Assembly: GCA_024704765.1 (NCBI GenBank)
Contig: JAKMXF010000111.1
Location: 1,070,619 to 1,134,618 of the forward strand
Direction: 5' to 3'
Origin: Oopsacas minuta
Lineage: Eukaryota > Animalia > Porifera
Length of the DNA stretch: 64,000 nt
Shown here: positions 49,101 through 61,891 of the stretch, piece by piece
How the letters are laid out: the number at the start of each line of letters is the position of its first letter
Numbering within the stretch: position 1 is the stretch's first letter
Notes under the pieces: generated by a model
Seen by the model: only the letters and a program-made list of their open reading frames with translations
What the model was told of the DNA's origin: nothing
The model's database searches: none
Translations under genes and position numbers: made by a program

Positions 49101-52100
49101 TAAATTTTAGGAGAATCAAATATTTAATTGGATGAAAATAATCAGCTGTAGATAACAGCTCTATATATGGCCATGATAGAAATATTTTGAGAACTTTATA
49201 CTCAGATATTGTAAATAGATTTAAGTTGAAATGCTAGCTGCAAAACCTTATAATAATTTAAATAATCAGAAATGACTGTTGTAGAGAGAAGCCGTTATGC
49301 TTAGAGGATTGATACACGCTAAACCAACGTTAAAACCTAATAACAGGAGCTTAATTGACTCAGGGTTCAAGGTAAGAATATTCCAATTCCATTCCAAAGA
49401 AGATTTTGATTTCGAAAAAGAAGGATTCTACCGCGAATATTCAAAGAAGAGAAAAAAGTCTGAAAAGCTTCCTCCACTAGATCCATTCAAACTAGATAAA
49501 TTTGAAAGAAAAGAAAGTGTAAAGGAAAATTTTGATGGTAGTATCCCTCTTAATTTGATAGAATCCATGAATTCATTTTCAATATTACCAAATCAAGTGA
49601 TGAGAAGTGCTCTTGGTAACAATGAACAGAGAGTTACAGATATATCTATGATAGTAAAAGAATTCTCAAATAAGATTTCATCATTGGATAACATTGAACT
49701 CTTTAGGGTGTTACTACTGAGGTTTAGTGTTGTAAATATAGATGTAGATAAGCTGAAATCAACAATACAAATATTAATAGAAAATGGTATAAATCCAGCT
49801 AGAATGTTAGAGCTACAACCTACAGTGATTTGCATAGATGTCAATATGTTAGCACAGAATCTTAAATCACTGCTACGAATAATAGAACCGAATTTTGAAG
49901 AAATTAAATTCAATCGAACCATCTTTCAGGAGCTGAATAAACTCTCTAGCTTTGCTAACAGATGTAACACTGAGTGTAAAGGAGCAGAGCTAGTAGAGAG
50001 ATTGTATCAATCAGGGAGAAAGAGGAATCTAAGTAACTTCCGTATTTATAAGCGAGTATTTGAGGCGATAAAGCTGACATCTCTCTCAGATAAATCCACA
50101 GATTCAGATGTCTATAATCTATGTTGTGTAGTGTATAAGAGACTGTTTAGAGCAGAAATAACTCAATTGTGCTCAGAACATTTCAAAGAGATAGCCCTTG
50201 GATTTACTGATGAGTTTCAAACAGATCTCAACTCATTGAGAGGAATAGGATTACAGAATAATAGTTGGGTGGGTAAATTCCTGAAGACCATATCTGTTTC
50301 TAAGATATTACTCAGAGATATTTCTATAGTACATCAGCTAGGCCCTAAGTTAACTCTACTAGAAGGATATGGGATTGATGTCAACAAGCTAAACCTGTTT
50401 CAAAAATGTCCAAAGCTTTTAAATTCCTCAGAGAGTGACATAACCAGATCAATGGCAATACTCAAATCTTCTCCATTTTACTGCAACAGAACTAATATAT
50501 CAAGAGTGCTAGCTAGAGATCCCAGTATATTCACAATACCTGAAGTACTTGAGAGCACGAGAAAAGAACTCGAACTAATACCTTTATTAAAACATAGACA
50601 AATAGATTGGCATGTCCTTATTAAAAGATGTCCCAATGTATTAACAATCAAGAACTATTCTAGGATATTTGATGTACAAGAAAATCATGGATTCTCAAAA
50701 GATGAAATTATTACTTCGTTGGAATACTATCCTTCAATTATTAAGTTTATCGAGAATAAAATAGATGAGTTAGATAGAAACAGTTCTCCTCTTAAGCCAC
50801 ATTTAACTAAGATAGCTCCATCAACAAAGATACGATTGATTAAGGAAAGAATCGAACAAGAAACACTCTACCGCTACTCTGGCTACACCAAAGCAGAACC
50901 TATAAGTGGAGAAGTTACAGATATGGCGGGAGATGGAAAAGATGGAAAAGATATTTCTAAAGAAACAGATAGAGATTTTGAGTATTTTGATGATGATAAT
51001 GATGATAATTAAATATATTGTATATACCTTTTATCTTTCAGATTAGGAGAGATACCAAAAGCAAATTTAAATATATTTATTCTGTCTCTAACCCGATTTG
51101 CATTAGAGTTCCCAGTCTATAAAATAACATTAATAATATCGACCTAAAATTCGTACAAATTTTAGTTATGATAGCTTACCGGCTCTACACATGCTAGTAG
51201 TGCATCAACAATTTTACTGAAGTGTAGTTCATAAGCTGTTAAACTATTGTCACTTGAAATTATAGTCACTAGATTGTTCAATAATTCATCTACTTCTTTT
51301 AAATGATTTTCAGAATCTGGTAACTAATAATAGATGCAAATAGATAAATAATATTAATTACAAAATTAGAGTATACTAGGATTACTCACACTGGAATCCT
51401 CGTGCGTCTCACAAGCTGTTTTTAACTTCAATGCAAGAGCTTGTAATTTTAGAGTTGATTTTCTTGCGATACTAGTTGAATCGAAGAAATGGACTTCTAT
51501 TATTTTCTCAGCAATAGCAGCAATCTATAGCAATCTCACAATATTATACGTATAATTAACACAGAAATTACAATTATCATATGAATGTGATAATTGAGGG
51601 TGGAATATACGAAAGTAACAAAACAAATCTATAAAATGTATTCGTATATCAGTGAGCGTTTAATCCAATTACACACTTTGAAATATTGCTTATAATAATA
51701 ATTAATTAATTAACATCACCAAAAAATGGCTACCTTGTCACTACCATCACTCTTCGGTTTAGATTTTCTATTCCATGTTATGGTTAATAAATCTAACAAT
51801 ATAAACCTTATGTAGAAATAAAAGTGATAAGTTAATCAAACATACCTTTTATTGCGAATTTATTGATGCAATATATATTGTAAGCAATTTGTTAGAATTT
51901 GAAATATGAGAAAATAACTGACAAATATCGTAATACGATTCATCTCTTTTTTCCATATGTTATTATTCCAAAAAGTAAGTCAACAAAAACAGTTATAAAA
52001 TTCTAAAAAAAATGCTGCCTTCCCTAATCATGAGGAATTACTATTACATAAGGAAATAACATACCTAGCATAGGGGCTCCAGTGAAGTTCAAAGAATTAT

Positions 52101-55100
52101 CGTTATAGTTAAATCCAAAGCCATCTGCTACTTGCTCTCTCAGCACCAGAAGTTGCTGGATAATAAAGAAAGTACTTAGGTAGAATTAATCTATTAGCGT
52201 GTATAGACAGTGTAATATTAACAGATAATTATACTGCATTACAATACCATATAAATTGCTGAAGCGGAGTACGTAGTAAATGATGTATAGTATTCTAGGT
52301 GTTATAACAGCCAACCTTAAGACGTTGGGAATTTGAAATATTGAGTACGCCCTCTTCTGGACAGCTCAACACCCATCTACCCATTAATAAATCAGGAGAA
52401 TCGGGGCATGAGAGGAGAGGGAGACTGCCTGCTGTAAAATTTATCGTTTCGCGACATAGCTTCATTGTATGTAAGAAACCTAAACAAATATAATTAGAAT
52501 TGTTCTAGCAATTAATGTAGGGGCTTCTTTCAGTTGTTGTGACGTAATCGGTTGGCTTAGTATAAGGAATGTTTTAATGTGGCCTCTAATGTGCAGTAAG
52601 AATTCATTAATCGCATTTTACTAAGAAATTGGTTAAAAATTCATCGAGAATACTTGTCACATAATAATTCTATTGTCTAAAATTGGTATTTCTAGAATTT
52701 AAGCTAGTTTTACGTCAATCATTAACTGACTTGGAGTTCTCTTATCAGGTTGTATTGTACCAGAAGAATACATTAGACGAGGTTTGCTATCTATCGCGAA
52801 TTTAAACCATCCATTACTCATGAAATTTAGCTCCAGTGCACAGAACTGATTCCAAATGTAAACTGTATCATCTCTAAATGCCATGAAACACCAGCTGTTC
52901 CAGTGGTAAGCTTTCCTAGGTTCTATCTTAGTTGCATCGGGAACAACTATCGGTTGCTAGAGAAGGAAAGGAATGTAGTATTCGATTCTTAATGGAACTA
53001 TTAAAATTAATAGTATCTGTGACACTTAGTTAGACTGATAGACAATAAAATATAGATACAGTAATTCTTGTGTAATTTAAATCGTTAAAAAGTTTTGCCG
53101 GCTTTTCACAAGGTTCGCTGTAATTAAAATAATTAAATTCGCTAAATTTACCATCCAAGAATTATGGAGATTAGAATAATCCAGTAATATATCAATAAAG
53201 ATAACTTTTATCTTTTAGCTCAAATAAGAAGTGGAATGACATTATTAATTTGATAACAAGCGAGATAGTTATCAGTTAGTTACAGTGAAATTCCCTAATA
53301 AATCCATAAACCTAATTATGCCAGTCTGCCATATGTGATATTCTCATTACATGAAGCCAGCCTTTTTTTTACAAATATTTTACAGTTTGACGAAACAAAA
53401 AGATAAAGATACATAAATTTATGGGTGTTATTGCAAGTACTAATTGAATTCAAACGACTTCAATTAATCAAAATAGCAATCAAAATGAACTCGTATACCT
53501 CAGGTGGTATCTTCACCATCTCTTTGATCATATCTACAATGCCTAAGCTAGTGAAGCTGTCCTTAAATATTGCTGGGCACTTTGTAATAGAGAACTGTAT
53601 CATTTGTAGTGAAATCAAATGTGATTCTATATATTCCTAGAAATGTAATTAAATATATTATATTACAAGTCATATACTTATGAATCATTACCTCTGGAGC
53701 TAGAGAGATAGCTAGTAGATCAGAGAGTATGCTGGGGAGACAGCCGCCACAACTTAGTTCGATACAAGATAGATCATGTAGCAGATCATCTGGTGGTGTT
53801 TTTAATAATCTCCGTATCAAATCAAGAGTCATTTTCCTAGAAAATCCTTTAAAAACAGCTGATATCATGTTAACATGATTGTAACATACTTTACAGTTCT
53901 AGAGAGAGTTGAGTGGTATGCCTGACACAAGATAGGAACATATGTGATCACAAATTGAGCTGCTAGGGTAGGATCACCTGAGAATACTTGTTTGGTTGCC
54001 TCGAGACCAGCAGAATTAGATCTAGGCTTTGTTTCTGGAGATGATGGAGCTTGGACTTGTTCAGTGTTGGAATCAGATTCTTCAGAAGATCCTCCATCCA
54101 TATAATCCTCTGTAGAAATAGACAGCAATTATATACGAGTATACTGTATGGTGACGTATTCAGGGGAGGGAACAAGAGGTACATGCCTCTTAAATATTTA
54201 AGACACAGTGAAGTTCGTTTATTCGCAACTCGTATTTTGCACGAATTCCAGTTGCTAATAATCTACACTTGGGAATTGAAAATAGATTTCTAATATGCGA
54301 ATATTGCTATTAACCGAGTTCCCAATAAGCTAACTCGATTGTATTTACAAATTATAACGTAACCTTCGTACAACCAAATATTCACGTAGTATATCAAAAT
54401 ATTAGTTAACAGCACTAGTCAGTATTAATGAAGTACTAATGAAGAGCAGGTGGTAGATAAAATTACTACAAGGGATTAATAGCTATGAATTTGAAGAAGG
54501 AAATAGTATTATGCCGCGTTACTTAAGCAAGAATTATTTCAAGGAGCATGCTATAGAGATAGAAGAGCTCCTGGACAGATGTCTCCTCGTGTCACCAGGA
54601 GCACATTTCACAGAGAACTGTCAGTTGTCAGCCACACACGAGGAGTTATACAAACCTTGGGAAGTGTCAAACTATAAGCACTTATTCGAGAACAGTTCCT
54701 TGTTAGAAGATAGAAGCATTGAAGAAGAACTTAGAGCATTATCTACTGCAGTCCCTCAGGTAGAGAGTATATGGGATTGTGATAAGGATCAATGGGAGGA
54801 GTTCTATGAGATAGATATGAATGAGACAGGTAGTTACTCTCTATATGAAGTGTTCTACCCTGATAACACATACTTGTATAATGAGTGGATATCTGGATTG
54901 AATGAGGATAATTACGTAACCGTTTCCAATTTCTTTGAGGACATGGAGAGTTGTAACTTCCTATCACTAGAACCTGACAAATATTATCCATCAGTTGACA
55001 AGCTGGTGGGCAGATGGAAGAGCAAACCAGTTACTGATCCTCTACTAGGAGATAATGGAGAGCCTCTATTAACTGAAGAAGTATTCTTGCGAGAAGACAG

Positions 55101-58100
55101 AGTACTAGATATAGAGTTAGGAGCTTGTGACGTGAACGAGGAACAGTTCTGTAGAGAACTGATAGGAGATGATGAAGTAGTAACTATTAATGGCATTATG
55201 TCATTATTTGAAGAACCCAAGGTACCTCCTATAGAAAACTATGGTGTAGAGTATATAGAGGAAGCATTGCAGTTTAGCTCTGATGTAAGTCCATTAAGTA
55301 TAGTGACATATGATAAGTTGATAGAAGACATGTCATTACTCAACGCTTGTAAAGTTAGTCAGTTAATCACTCAGGTAGAGAATCAATTAGATATCTCTTT
55401 TACAGAAGAAGTAGCAGAATGTAGTATAGAAGTTCCTATAGAACAGCACCAGGATACAGCATGGACGCTAGAAAGCCCTCTGATAGACCCGCAAGAACCG
55501 AGTCTCCTATCACAGCTGACGAATGAAAACACCCTCCTCCCCCTCACACCATTTACAACTCATCAATTCCTCTCTCCTACAGCTATAAGGAAATATGAGC
55601 TTGCCCTGAGGACTTGTAACCAAATGCCAGACGAGATTAGTAACTTAATGTTGGTGGAGCCTAGCATTAGTGTAAACACATTCTACCCAGCAGTACAGTA
55701 TGTAATAGAGCAGTTGGAGATGAAATTAGATGGAAATGTGAGTGCATTGGATATGGAACTTAGGTGGGATCCTCTCACACATTTTTATGATCAAATCGAA
55801 CTGGTTAAGCAGAGGTTATTCACACAATGTAGTCTGGAAATAAAGGGCTTCTCTGCTGAAATGTGTGCTGTTAGTTTATTCATTCTTAAAGAAAACCAGA
55901 TTGAGGATCTCACCAGATACGACACACTCCTGCCTGGATTAGATAGAGAGAGTTTAGCTAGTTCATACTACTCACAGAATAAACCTGCAATGAGATTACA
56001 CTCTATTGATGATGACATATTTGTTAAACAGAAAGTACAGCTCCATGATCATACAGCTAGATCAGAAATTAGATTAGGGATTCATGAAAATAGTAATTCT
56101 CAAAATTACAGTCTTCCTCTAGCTAGAGATAACTCTAAACAACAAATCAGTGATACATTCAATCACATTGATTCAATCGATTCATTCCTTCTCCTCAGAC
56201 AAAAGAGACAATCTCCACAATCCTCAACGACTGTAAGTCCTGAACACACACAACACAACCACACACAACCAAAACGTATATGTTTGATGACGTCACCAAA
56301 ACAGGCTACAAAGCTATCTGTCCTAGATGTACCACTCAACAGACTCTACAGAGAAGCGATTAATCTACTGACCGCTGCTGGAGAACCTCTATTAAGACAA
56401 GTTCAGGAGTACGGATATCTTCAAGATTCTAGTTACACAAGTCTGGTAAAGTCACCAGATATATTACAGTTTCTGTTGAGGGAACACAAACATCAATGGT
56501 TGGAAAATGACATGCCTATGGGAAATACAGTATGGTACAAACTTAGAGTAATTTCTCAGCTGTTCTGTCTCGTCAGCTGTGGGTACGCACTAGTGGGTAC
56601 AAGCCTGAGCGCAGCCATTGATGTACTTTTTGGTTCTGTCAACAAATACAAGGTACTCGTACAAAATTCCCTTGTGACCACTGGGAATTCATTGATTGGG
56701 ATGCAGGAGAGTGTACATAGTAGTTCATTTCATCCCAAAATTATTCAAACAATTTCCATTCTCTTAGAAAAAGAAAAAACATTGACAAAATGTTTTAGCG
56801 TTTGTATCATAGTATTCGACATAGCGTGTACTTTTAACCTCGCAGGTGAGATGTTTGAAATATTAAAGTCACAAGTTGGAAATCTATGCATTAACCTAAT
56901 TAAGGCTCCAAGCAATGAAACCTATAACAACTACCACGAGTTACTAAAAAGAGCATTTGACGCTAGCCATTGTTTGCTGTGTGAAAGTTCTACTCTAAAC
57001 TATGATAATTTTCCTTGGGAAAGAATTTCGCTAATCATATTATATAATTTGAAAGACACTTCAAAGAGTGTTTCTTTAGTAAATGAGAAGACACATGAAG
57101 ACTGTAGGATTCTGGTATTGAGGACGAGTATGGAGTCAGACTTGATAAATTTACAAAAACAGATCCCTGATAATCCACAGAAATCTAGTTTTATTATCTG
57201 CTCAACAGAAGTGTGTGAGGAACAAGGCTTGTTAGAGATAATTGAATCTAAATGTAACCTACTGGTAGTGGAGAGAGATTATGTAGGGATGGGATTAGAT
57301 AGATATTCAGCAGATATTATAGTCAATGAGAATACTGGGATATTACTCGTTAACCTGGCTAGTCTACACCAGGAGGGAGGTTTACACAAACTAACTGATA
57401 AACTGCAAAATGTGAAACTAGCCTATAACACCTGCTATGTGCTTGCGTTTACGAAATCTACTGAGGAGTATATGAAGGGAGATGGACCTAAAATGCTAGC
57501 TGCATTAAACTATACAATTTCAAAGTTACAATATGATAACTTCAAAATTGAGCTCAAGGGTAGCACTGAGATTCAAGGGATTGCAGATATAATCCGTACA
57601 ATCGTGAGTAATCATTCTACAAGTAAATGTGAAGATACAGAAATTGAAATCGAGGCCAGTGAGCAAGAAAAGTGGCTGCTAAGCCTGAGATGTGTAAATG
57701 CGTGTGCTGCACTTAATTTGCTCTCAAAATATACACTGACAGAACTTATTAGGGTAGATTTAAGTGAACTCAGTCATAAACATCCGCGGATACCAACTCA
57801 ATGCTTAGAAAGTCTCCATCAGATTTGCAGTCAGAATTACGACCAATGGAAAAACGTGGGTGACAGGATGTACCAGGAAAATAATGATTGTAACAGCAAT
57901 AATACAAATAACAATTTACTCAATAGTTCGCCAAATCATTATGCAACTAGTAAGCTAGGAAGCACTGATAATGCTCCAAATTTTGTCCATTCTACGAACG
58001 ATATGATAGTAAGAACTAATATTAATCAATTACTTTCTGATCCAGTGCAACAAGAAGATTATTACAACACAAAACCTAACAAACCATACAGCACCGGTAG

Positions 58101-61100
58101 CATAATACGTAATACGTGGGTGAAGGTGGGTGATTACAGACCACAAAACAACAACAATAACAGAATAAATAAACCTATACAGACTGGCAGGAACAACCTA
58201 TCAGAAGGATTATTAGAATTCCAAAAGCAGCAAACAGATACCAGAGTTACTATCCCCATAGAAACAACATATACAAATACTTCAGAGTATATTCAATGGT
58301 TAGATGAAACTATGGATACAAACCATAGAGAACTCAGTTGCAAACAGGTGCCAGGAGTATCACAAACTAAGTTAATCTTCAAAGAAAATTGATATATCTA
58401 CCAAATTTGTTAAATCACGAGATTCACATAATTATTATTATCATGTGATAAATATTAGCCTAGATACATACCAGCATTTTCTAGTATTTCAACTAGCATC
58501 TTCCCTTCCTTACTTCCATCTCCTGCCAGTAAGAGAGCTTTCTCTAGAGGAGTACTACCATCCTCAGCTCTCTGTTCTGGATTAGCTCCATACTTCAGTA
58601 ACACCTAATTAATCCATATAATTAACCATATATATGGGTCATATCTGCATGGATGTTTCCATAAGCAAATTTCCCGAGATCAACTCTCCGCCATTCCGAA
58701 ATTTGACGGTCCCTTGGTTACGCATTAATTAGTAATGATATTCTACTGTAATCAAACACACCACTACCTTAACTAGATTTGGTTTCTTTGTCATTACAGA
58801 TAAATGTAGAGAAGAAAACTTCTGACCTAGACAGGGATCAGCTCCTTGATTAAGAAGGTACCTTACCTATAATAAAATCAATGTAATGCAATACTCTGGA
58901 ATATATAAAATGATATATTAGTACCTGTTTCTCAGATCCCACAGCTGTTGCCCAATTTAATAATGACTGCCCTATATCATTAATATAGTTTACGTCAAAT
59001 CCTAAACGGAAAAATTAAAATATAATCCAATCTGTAAATGATTTAATTAATTAATTCGGATAGTATTGACTGACACAAAAGGTGTTTATATTGCATCTAC
59101 AAATTTTTAATCTGTTATTTAACAATATTAGACATATCAGAGCAGAAATTACTGTGATCTGTGTACGTATATTGTCATTAATGTACCTTTCTCTACAGCA
59201 GTAACTAGAGCAGCATAATCTTGGTTCTTGAGAACATCTACGATATGTCTTATTGGGGAGTCAGGATTTTCTCCTCTCGTAAACATATCAGATAATATAG
59301 CAGTAGAAGAGAAGTGAGATTTAGCTAAAGCTTCTCTCCCTTCTAAAGCTAATATCTCCAGCACTTCTATCAGTCTCAAACCCTCCACTACATATCTATA
59401 AGGTTTAATAGTAACTTCAGTAGTATACGTAGCTGCTACAGTAATGGTTTTTTGTTACCTTTCATCAGCTTGTAATGTTATCTTGAGCTTCTCTGGTAAC
59501 TTGGAACCCAGCAATGTCTGAGTAGAATGACATAAAATACATTATTAAAGCAAATATACTATGGGACAATTTATTGAGTGATTGAGACAATATCGCGGAT
59601 ATAATTCACGTTAAATGCGTTTGGTAAACGTGAATTTAGATATTCCACACAATCTTCAGCTTACTAGCACATATGCGCTTATGGCCTTTCCAGAAATTTT
59701 GAAATTTAAATGATTATAAAAATTGTGATAATTTATATTAAACATAATGTGTATGTATACCTCTGTTATAGACGGAGATCCTCTACACAACAGTCCAAAT
59801 ACTGGCAATATAGTTACTACACATTCTCCTACTACAACACCTGAATATGATACTGAGCCAGGGGAAGCATGGACCTTAGATTTTGTGATTTTTGTGTTCT
59901 GATCGAATTTTTCCAGCAACCTCTCCAAGAGACCATGTTCTACGAGGGGGGTGAGGTCAGCTTTTTTAGACACAAACTTTTTAATAAGAATTGTGAAGCA
60001 TTTCAAACAACCATCGAATATCTACAAAATGTCTATAATTATTAGCAGTTAGTTCTAGACAACACTTGGGGATTATTAATAGTGTAGACACTATGACAGC
60101 AATAAATACCTAGAGTTAATAATATCACAACATTATCATTAATAATAGATAAGGACTGATATGAAAGAATAGATGAATAAGAAGTCTGATAAATTACAAG
60201 ATCATGGTTCGTATTGTGTCGTAACTAGGTAGAATGTTTGGAGCGTAAAGAGGTACAGTGACTGAAACGTCCCGAGATGTTTAGAAATGTTCTTACATGC
60301 TTAGTTAAACAGGCTTCACATTTTCCTAGAATAATTTCATATCAGTCGGAATAGTCTAATTGACAAGTAGCATACCAATTGGCTATACCAATTGGCTATA
60401 CCATGTATTGTATTGTTAGCAATAAATACAATAACAGAGTGATGAGTAGATTTTACTTTGGTAGTATAAATGTGTGGTGTAATTTGCTATTTTATTGATG
60501 GTTTAACTTTATCATATATGATGATAACAAACTATGGATAACTGATATTACTGCTTGGTTATTAGATTAATAAGTGAACTTTAATTAATACTCCCTGTAT
60601 TCACCCCAAGACTTATGAGAGAATATCAAATAGAGCTTTATGGCTTTACTAACAAACAGCCTAGGTTCTAGATCCTCCCCTATTATATCCTAGCAAATTT
60701 GAGGATATTTTCCACGCAGAACATTCATGAGAAAACATGAGCACACGTTAACTAATATCCTATAATAGTCCCTGATAAATGCTACTATTAATTGAAAGTA
60801 ATCTGATTATGTAAGTATATGTGAGAATGATCTCAAATACCTTCTTATCATCACTCTCCATTAGTTGAGTAATGCGTAGACATACAAATGGTAAGTGTTG
60901 ATAATCAGGATCTACTCTAGGACACAGATGTATAGCAGCTGATATAGAGCTATAGAGAGCATCCTTATGCAGAGCTGTACCTAATGTAGTTAGTTTTAGG
61001 ACACAAGGAAGGCCTCCTGCATCAAATACAGATTTGCTATCTCCTCTCGATAGTAAGTCTAGAATCTAGAATATAGAATAATATAGCGGATGTACGAATA

Positions 61101-61563
61101 TATGTTAATTATTGAGAAATTACTTTAACACACTGCTCTCCCAGATCCAAACTCTCTTTAACAAAGGTGTTAGCAAATTCAATTATGTTAATAAACTTGG
61201 TTATGGTACCACTGACAGAGGTAATCTTCTTTCCACAGTCTAGAGATATATCTAAGAAGAAGTATAGAGCACGTGTAGCAGGCTCTAGAATAACCTCAGG
61301 AGCTGTATCGTCAAGGAATATGTTACAGAGAACAGGAATGAATGTCTTGGGTGGAAAACTAGAAAGTAAAAGAGTAAAGAGCTTCAAACCATGCTTGTGG
61401 AATTTCTCAAAGCAACTCACTTCTCCAAACATTTGTCAATATTATCAAACATTGACAGCATCTGACATAACTGTTCTAACCCAGTGAGTTGTAGCTCACG
61501 CTCGCTATCTTGTCCAAAGACATTGATCCACTCAATTAGGATTCCTGTGTCTATTCCAGACAT
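34120..61563 (-). CDS. HECTD1: HECT E3 ubiquitin ligase HECTD1, roughly 40 exons over 27.4 kb
   Basis: Exons in the expected order: [30 protein letters not shown], ankyrin [20 protein letters not shown]-like [26 protein letters not shown]2 [39 protein letters not shown], and HECT end [15 protein letters not shown]...KEKGFHLN*. A few internal junctions are approximate. Confidence 0.93.
34715..35535. mobile_element. Non-autonomous pogo/Tigger-like element in the last HECTD1 intron
   Basis: TIRs CAGTAGAACTCGGAT(A/G)AGACGT, TA on the left, TC on the right. Contains an internal second TIR-like copy near 35347 and 17-bp tandem repeats near 35397-35445. Confidence 0.7.
42360..42869 (-). CDS. SNX24: Sorting nexin 24/22-like PX-domain protein, intronless, nested on the same strand in a HECTD1 intron
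   Basis: [39 protein letters not shown] and C-terminal [12 protein letters not shown]. Confidence 0.8.
   Translation of the reverse strand: MANGVEDADFYIHIPKHRNIEPSSGNSYTVYCIEVTNGTQKHIVEKRYREFYKLRKILKKVIKPHPKFPPKKMAKNIKHVIEVRQRKLERYLNAIAQVEDTALLSEFFRFLDVIPIHLTPSRNEIESDVITLRWDNIPPCAKPSIELSGEVIPDNVVEGVLAAIYDYQF
46878..47561. mobile_element. Complete 684-bp non-autonomous TIR element in a HECTD1 intron
   Basis: Left end AGGCCATATAAAATAATATACTTGTTTATCATCC and right end GGATGAGAAACAAGTAATATATCTTGCATGGCCT. Its halves recur at 9200-9512 and 11545-11898. Confidence 0.75.
49297..51012 (+). CDS. mTERF-repeat-like mitochondrial protein, intronless, nested antisense in HECTD1
   Basis: Basic presequence-like N-terminus; repeats of L..xG....i..CP.lL/DP.IF/YP.II type; acidic tail. 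Confidence 0.6.
   Translation: MLRGLIHAKPTLKPNNRSLIDSGFKVRIFQFHSKEDFDFEKEGFYREYSKKRKKSEKLPPLDPFKLDKFERKESVKENFDGSIPLNLIESMNSFSILPNQVMRSALGNNEQRVTDISMIVKEFSNKISSLDNIELFRVLLLRFSVVNIDVDKLKSTIQILIENGINPARMLELQPTVICIDVNMLAQNLKSLLRIIEPNFEEIKFNRTIFQELNKLSSFANRCNTECKGAELVERLYQSGRKRNLSNFRIYKRVFEAIKLTSLSDKSTDSDVYNLCCVVYKRLFRAEITQLCSEHFKEIALGFTDEFQTDLNSLRGIGLQNNSWVGKFLKTISVSKILLRDISIVHQLGPKLTLLEGYGIDVNKLNLFQKCPKLLNSSESDITRSMAILKSSPFYCNRTNISRVLARDPSIFTIPEVLESTRKELELIPLLKHRQIDWHVLIKRCPNVLTIKNYSRIFDVQENHGFSKDEIITSLEYYPSIIKFIENKIDELDRNSSPLKPHLTKIAPSTKIRLIKERIEQETLYRYSGYTKAEPISGEVTDMAGDGKDGKDISKETDRDFEYFDDDNDDN
54511..58392 (+). CDS. SHOC1: SHOC1 (C9orf84/Zip2-like) meiotic XPF-domain protein, 1293 aa, intronless, nested antisense in HECTD1
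   Basis: C-terminal [17 protein letters not shown]...[11 protein letters not shown]...[15 protein letters not shown]...[18 protein letters not shown]...[10 protein letters not shown] matches the recalled ERCC4-like and HhH2 region of SHOC1. Confidence 0.8.
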   Translation: MPRYLSKNYFKEHAIEIEELLDRCLLVSPGAHFTENCQLSATHEELYKPWEVSNYKHLFENSSLLEDRSIEEELRALSTAVPQVESIWDCDKDQWEEFYEIDMNETGSYSLYEVFYPDNTYLYNEWISGLNEDNYVTVSNFFEDMESCNFLSLEPDKYYPSVDKLVGRWKSKPVTDPLLGDNGEPLLTEEVFLREDRVLDIELGACDVNEEQFCRELIGDDEVVTINGIMSLFEEPKVPPIENYGVEYIEEALQFSSDVSPLSIVTYDKLIEDMSLLNACKVSQLITQVENQLDISFTEEVAECSIEVPIEQHQDTAWTLESPLIDPQEPSLLSQLTNENTLLPLTPFTTHQFLSPTAIRKYELALRTCNQMPDEISNLMLVEPSISVNTFYPAVQYVIEQLEMKLDGNVSALDMELRWDPLTHFYDQIELVKQRLFTQCSLEIKGFSAEMCAVSLFILKENQIEDLTRYDTLLPGLDRESLASSYYSQNKPAMRLHSIDDDIFVKQKVQLHDHTARSEIRLGIHENSNSQNYSLPLARDNSKQQISDTFNHIDSIDSFLLLRQKRQSPQSSTTVSPEHTQHNHTQPKRICLMTSPKQATKLSVLDVPLNRLYREAINLLTAAGEPLLRQVQEYGYLQDSSYTSLVKSPDILQFLLREHKHQWLENDMPMGNTVWYKLRVISQLFCLVSCGYALVGTSLSAAIDVLFGSVNKYKVLVQNSLVTTGNSLIGMQESVHSSSFHPKIIQTISILLEKEKTLTKCFSVCIIVFDIACTFNLAGEMFEILKSQVGNLCINLIKAPSNETYNNYHELLKRAFDASHCLLCESSTLNYDNFPWERISLIILYNLKDTSKSVSLVNEKTHEDCRILVLRTSMESDLINLQKQIPDNPQKSSFIICSTEVCEEQGLLEIIESKCNLLVVERDYVGMGLDRYSADIIVNENTGILLVNLASLHQEGGLHKLTDKLQNVKLAYNTCYVLAFTKSTEEYMKGDGPKMLAALNYTISKLQYDNFKIELKGSTEIQGIADIIRTIVSNHSTSKCEDTEIEIEASEQEKWLLSLRCVNACAALNLLSKYTLTELIRVDLSELSHKHPRIPTQCLESLHQICSQNYDQWKNVGDRMYQENNDCNSNNTNNNLLNSSPNHYATSKLGSTDNAPNFVHSTNDMIVRTNINQLLSDPVQQEDYYNTKPNKPYSTGSIIRNTWVKVGDYRPQNNNNNRINKPIQTGRNNLSEGLLEFQKQQTDTRVTIPIETTYTNTSEYIQWLDETMDTNHRELSCKQVPGVSQTKLIFKEN

Positions 61564-61891
61564 TACTAGTTAGGTGTATGCACTGTCTATGTCCTATTTA
61601 CTCTATTCACAAATGGAAGTAAATGATAAAATCATAACGTATGCACGTATGTTAACACACTGTAAGCATGGGGTTAAGCTCTCAAATGGCTATGCCCAAT
61701 CAAACCCCCTTTACATAGGTAGGACTTGATCTACAATTGAGCAACCTCGTGTACCCACGTAATATTGTACAACCTCGCTAATATCTGGCATGGTGAGTAA
61801 TCCGAGTTAAGAAATGCCCCCAAAGAAGTTTTAAATTACAAGACCTTCGAATGCATATACTCATATTAGTAACTTTATGCGTTTATTATAG

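Noticed and set aside
61690-61783. Upstream ORF MPDISEVV... as a possible first HECTD1 exon
   Set aside because: The conserved HECTD1 N-terminus starts at ATG 61563, and the segment has repeated ACAACCTCG typical of MITE ends.
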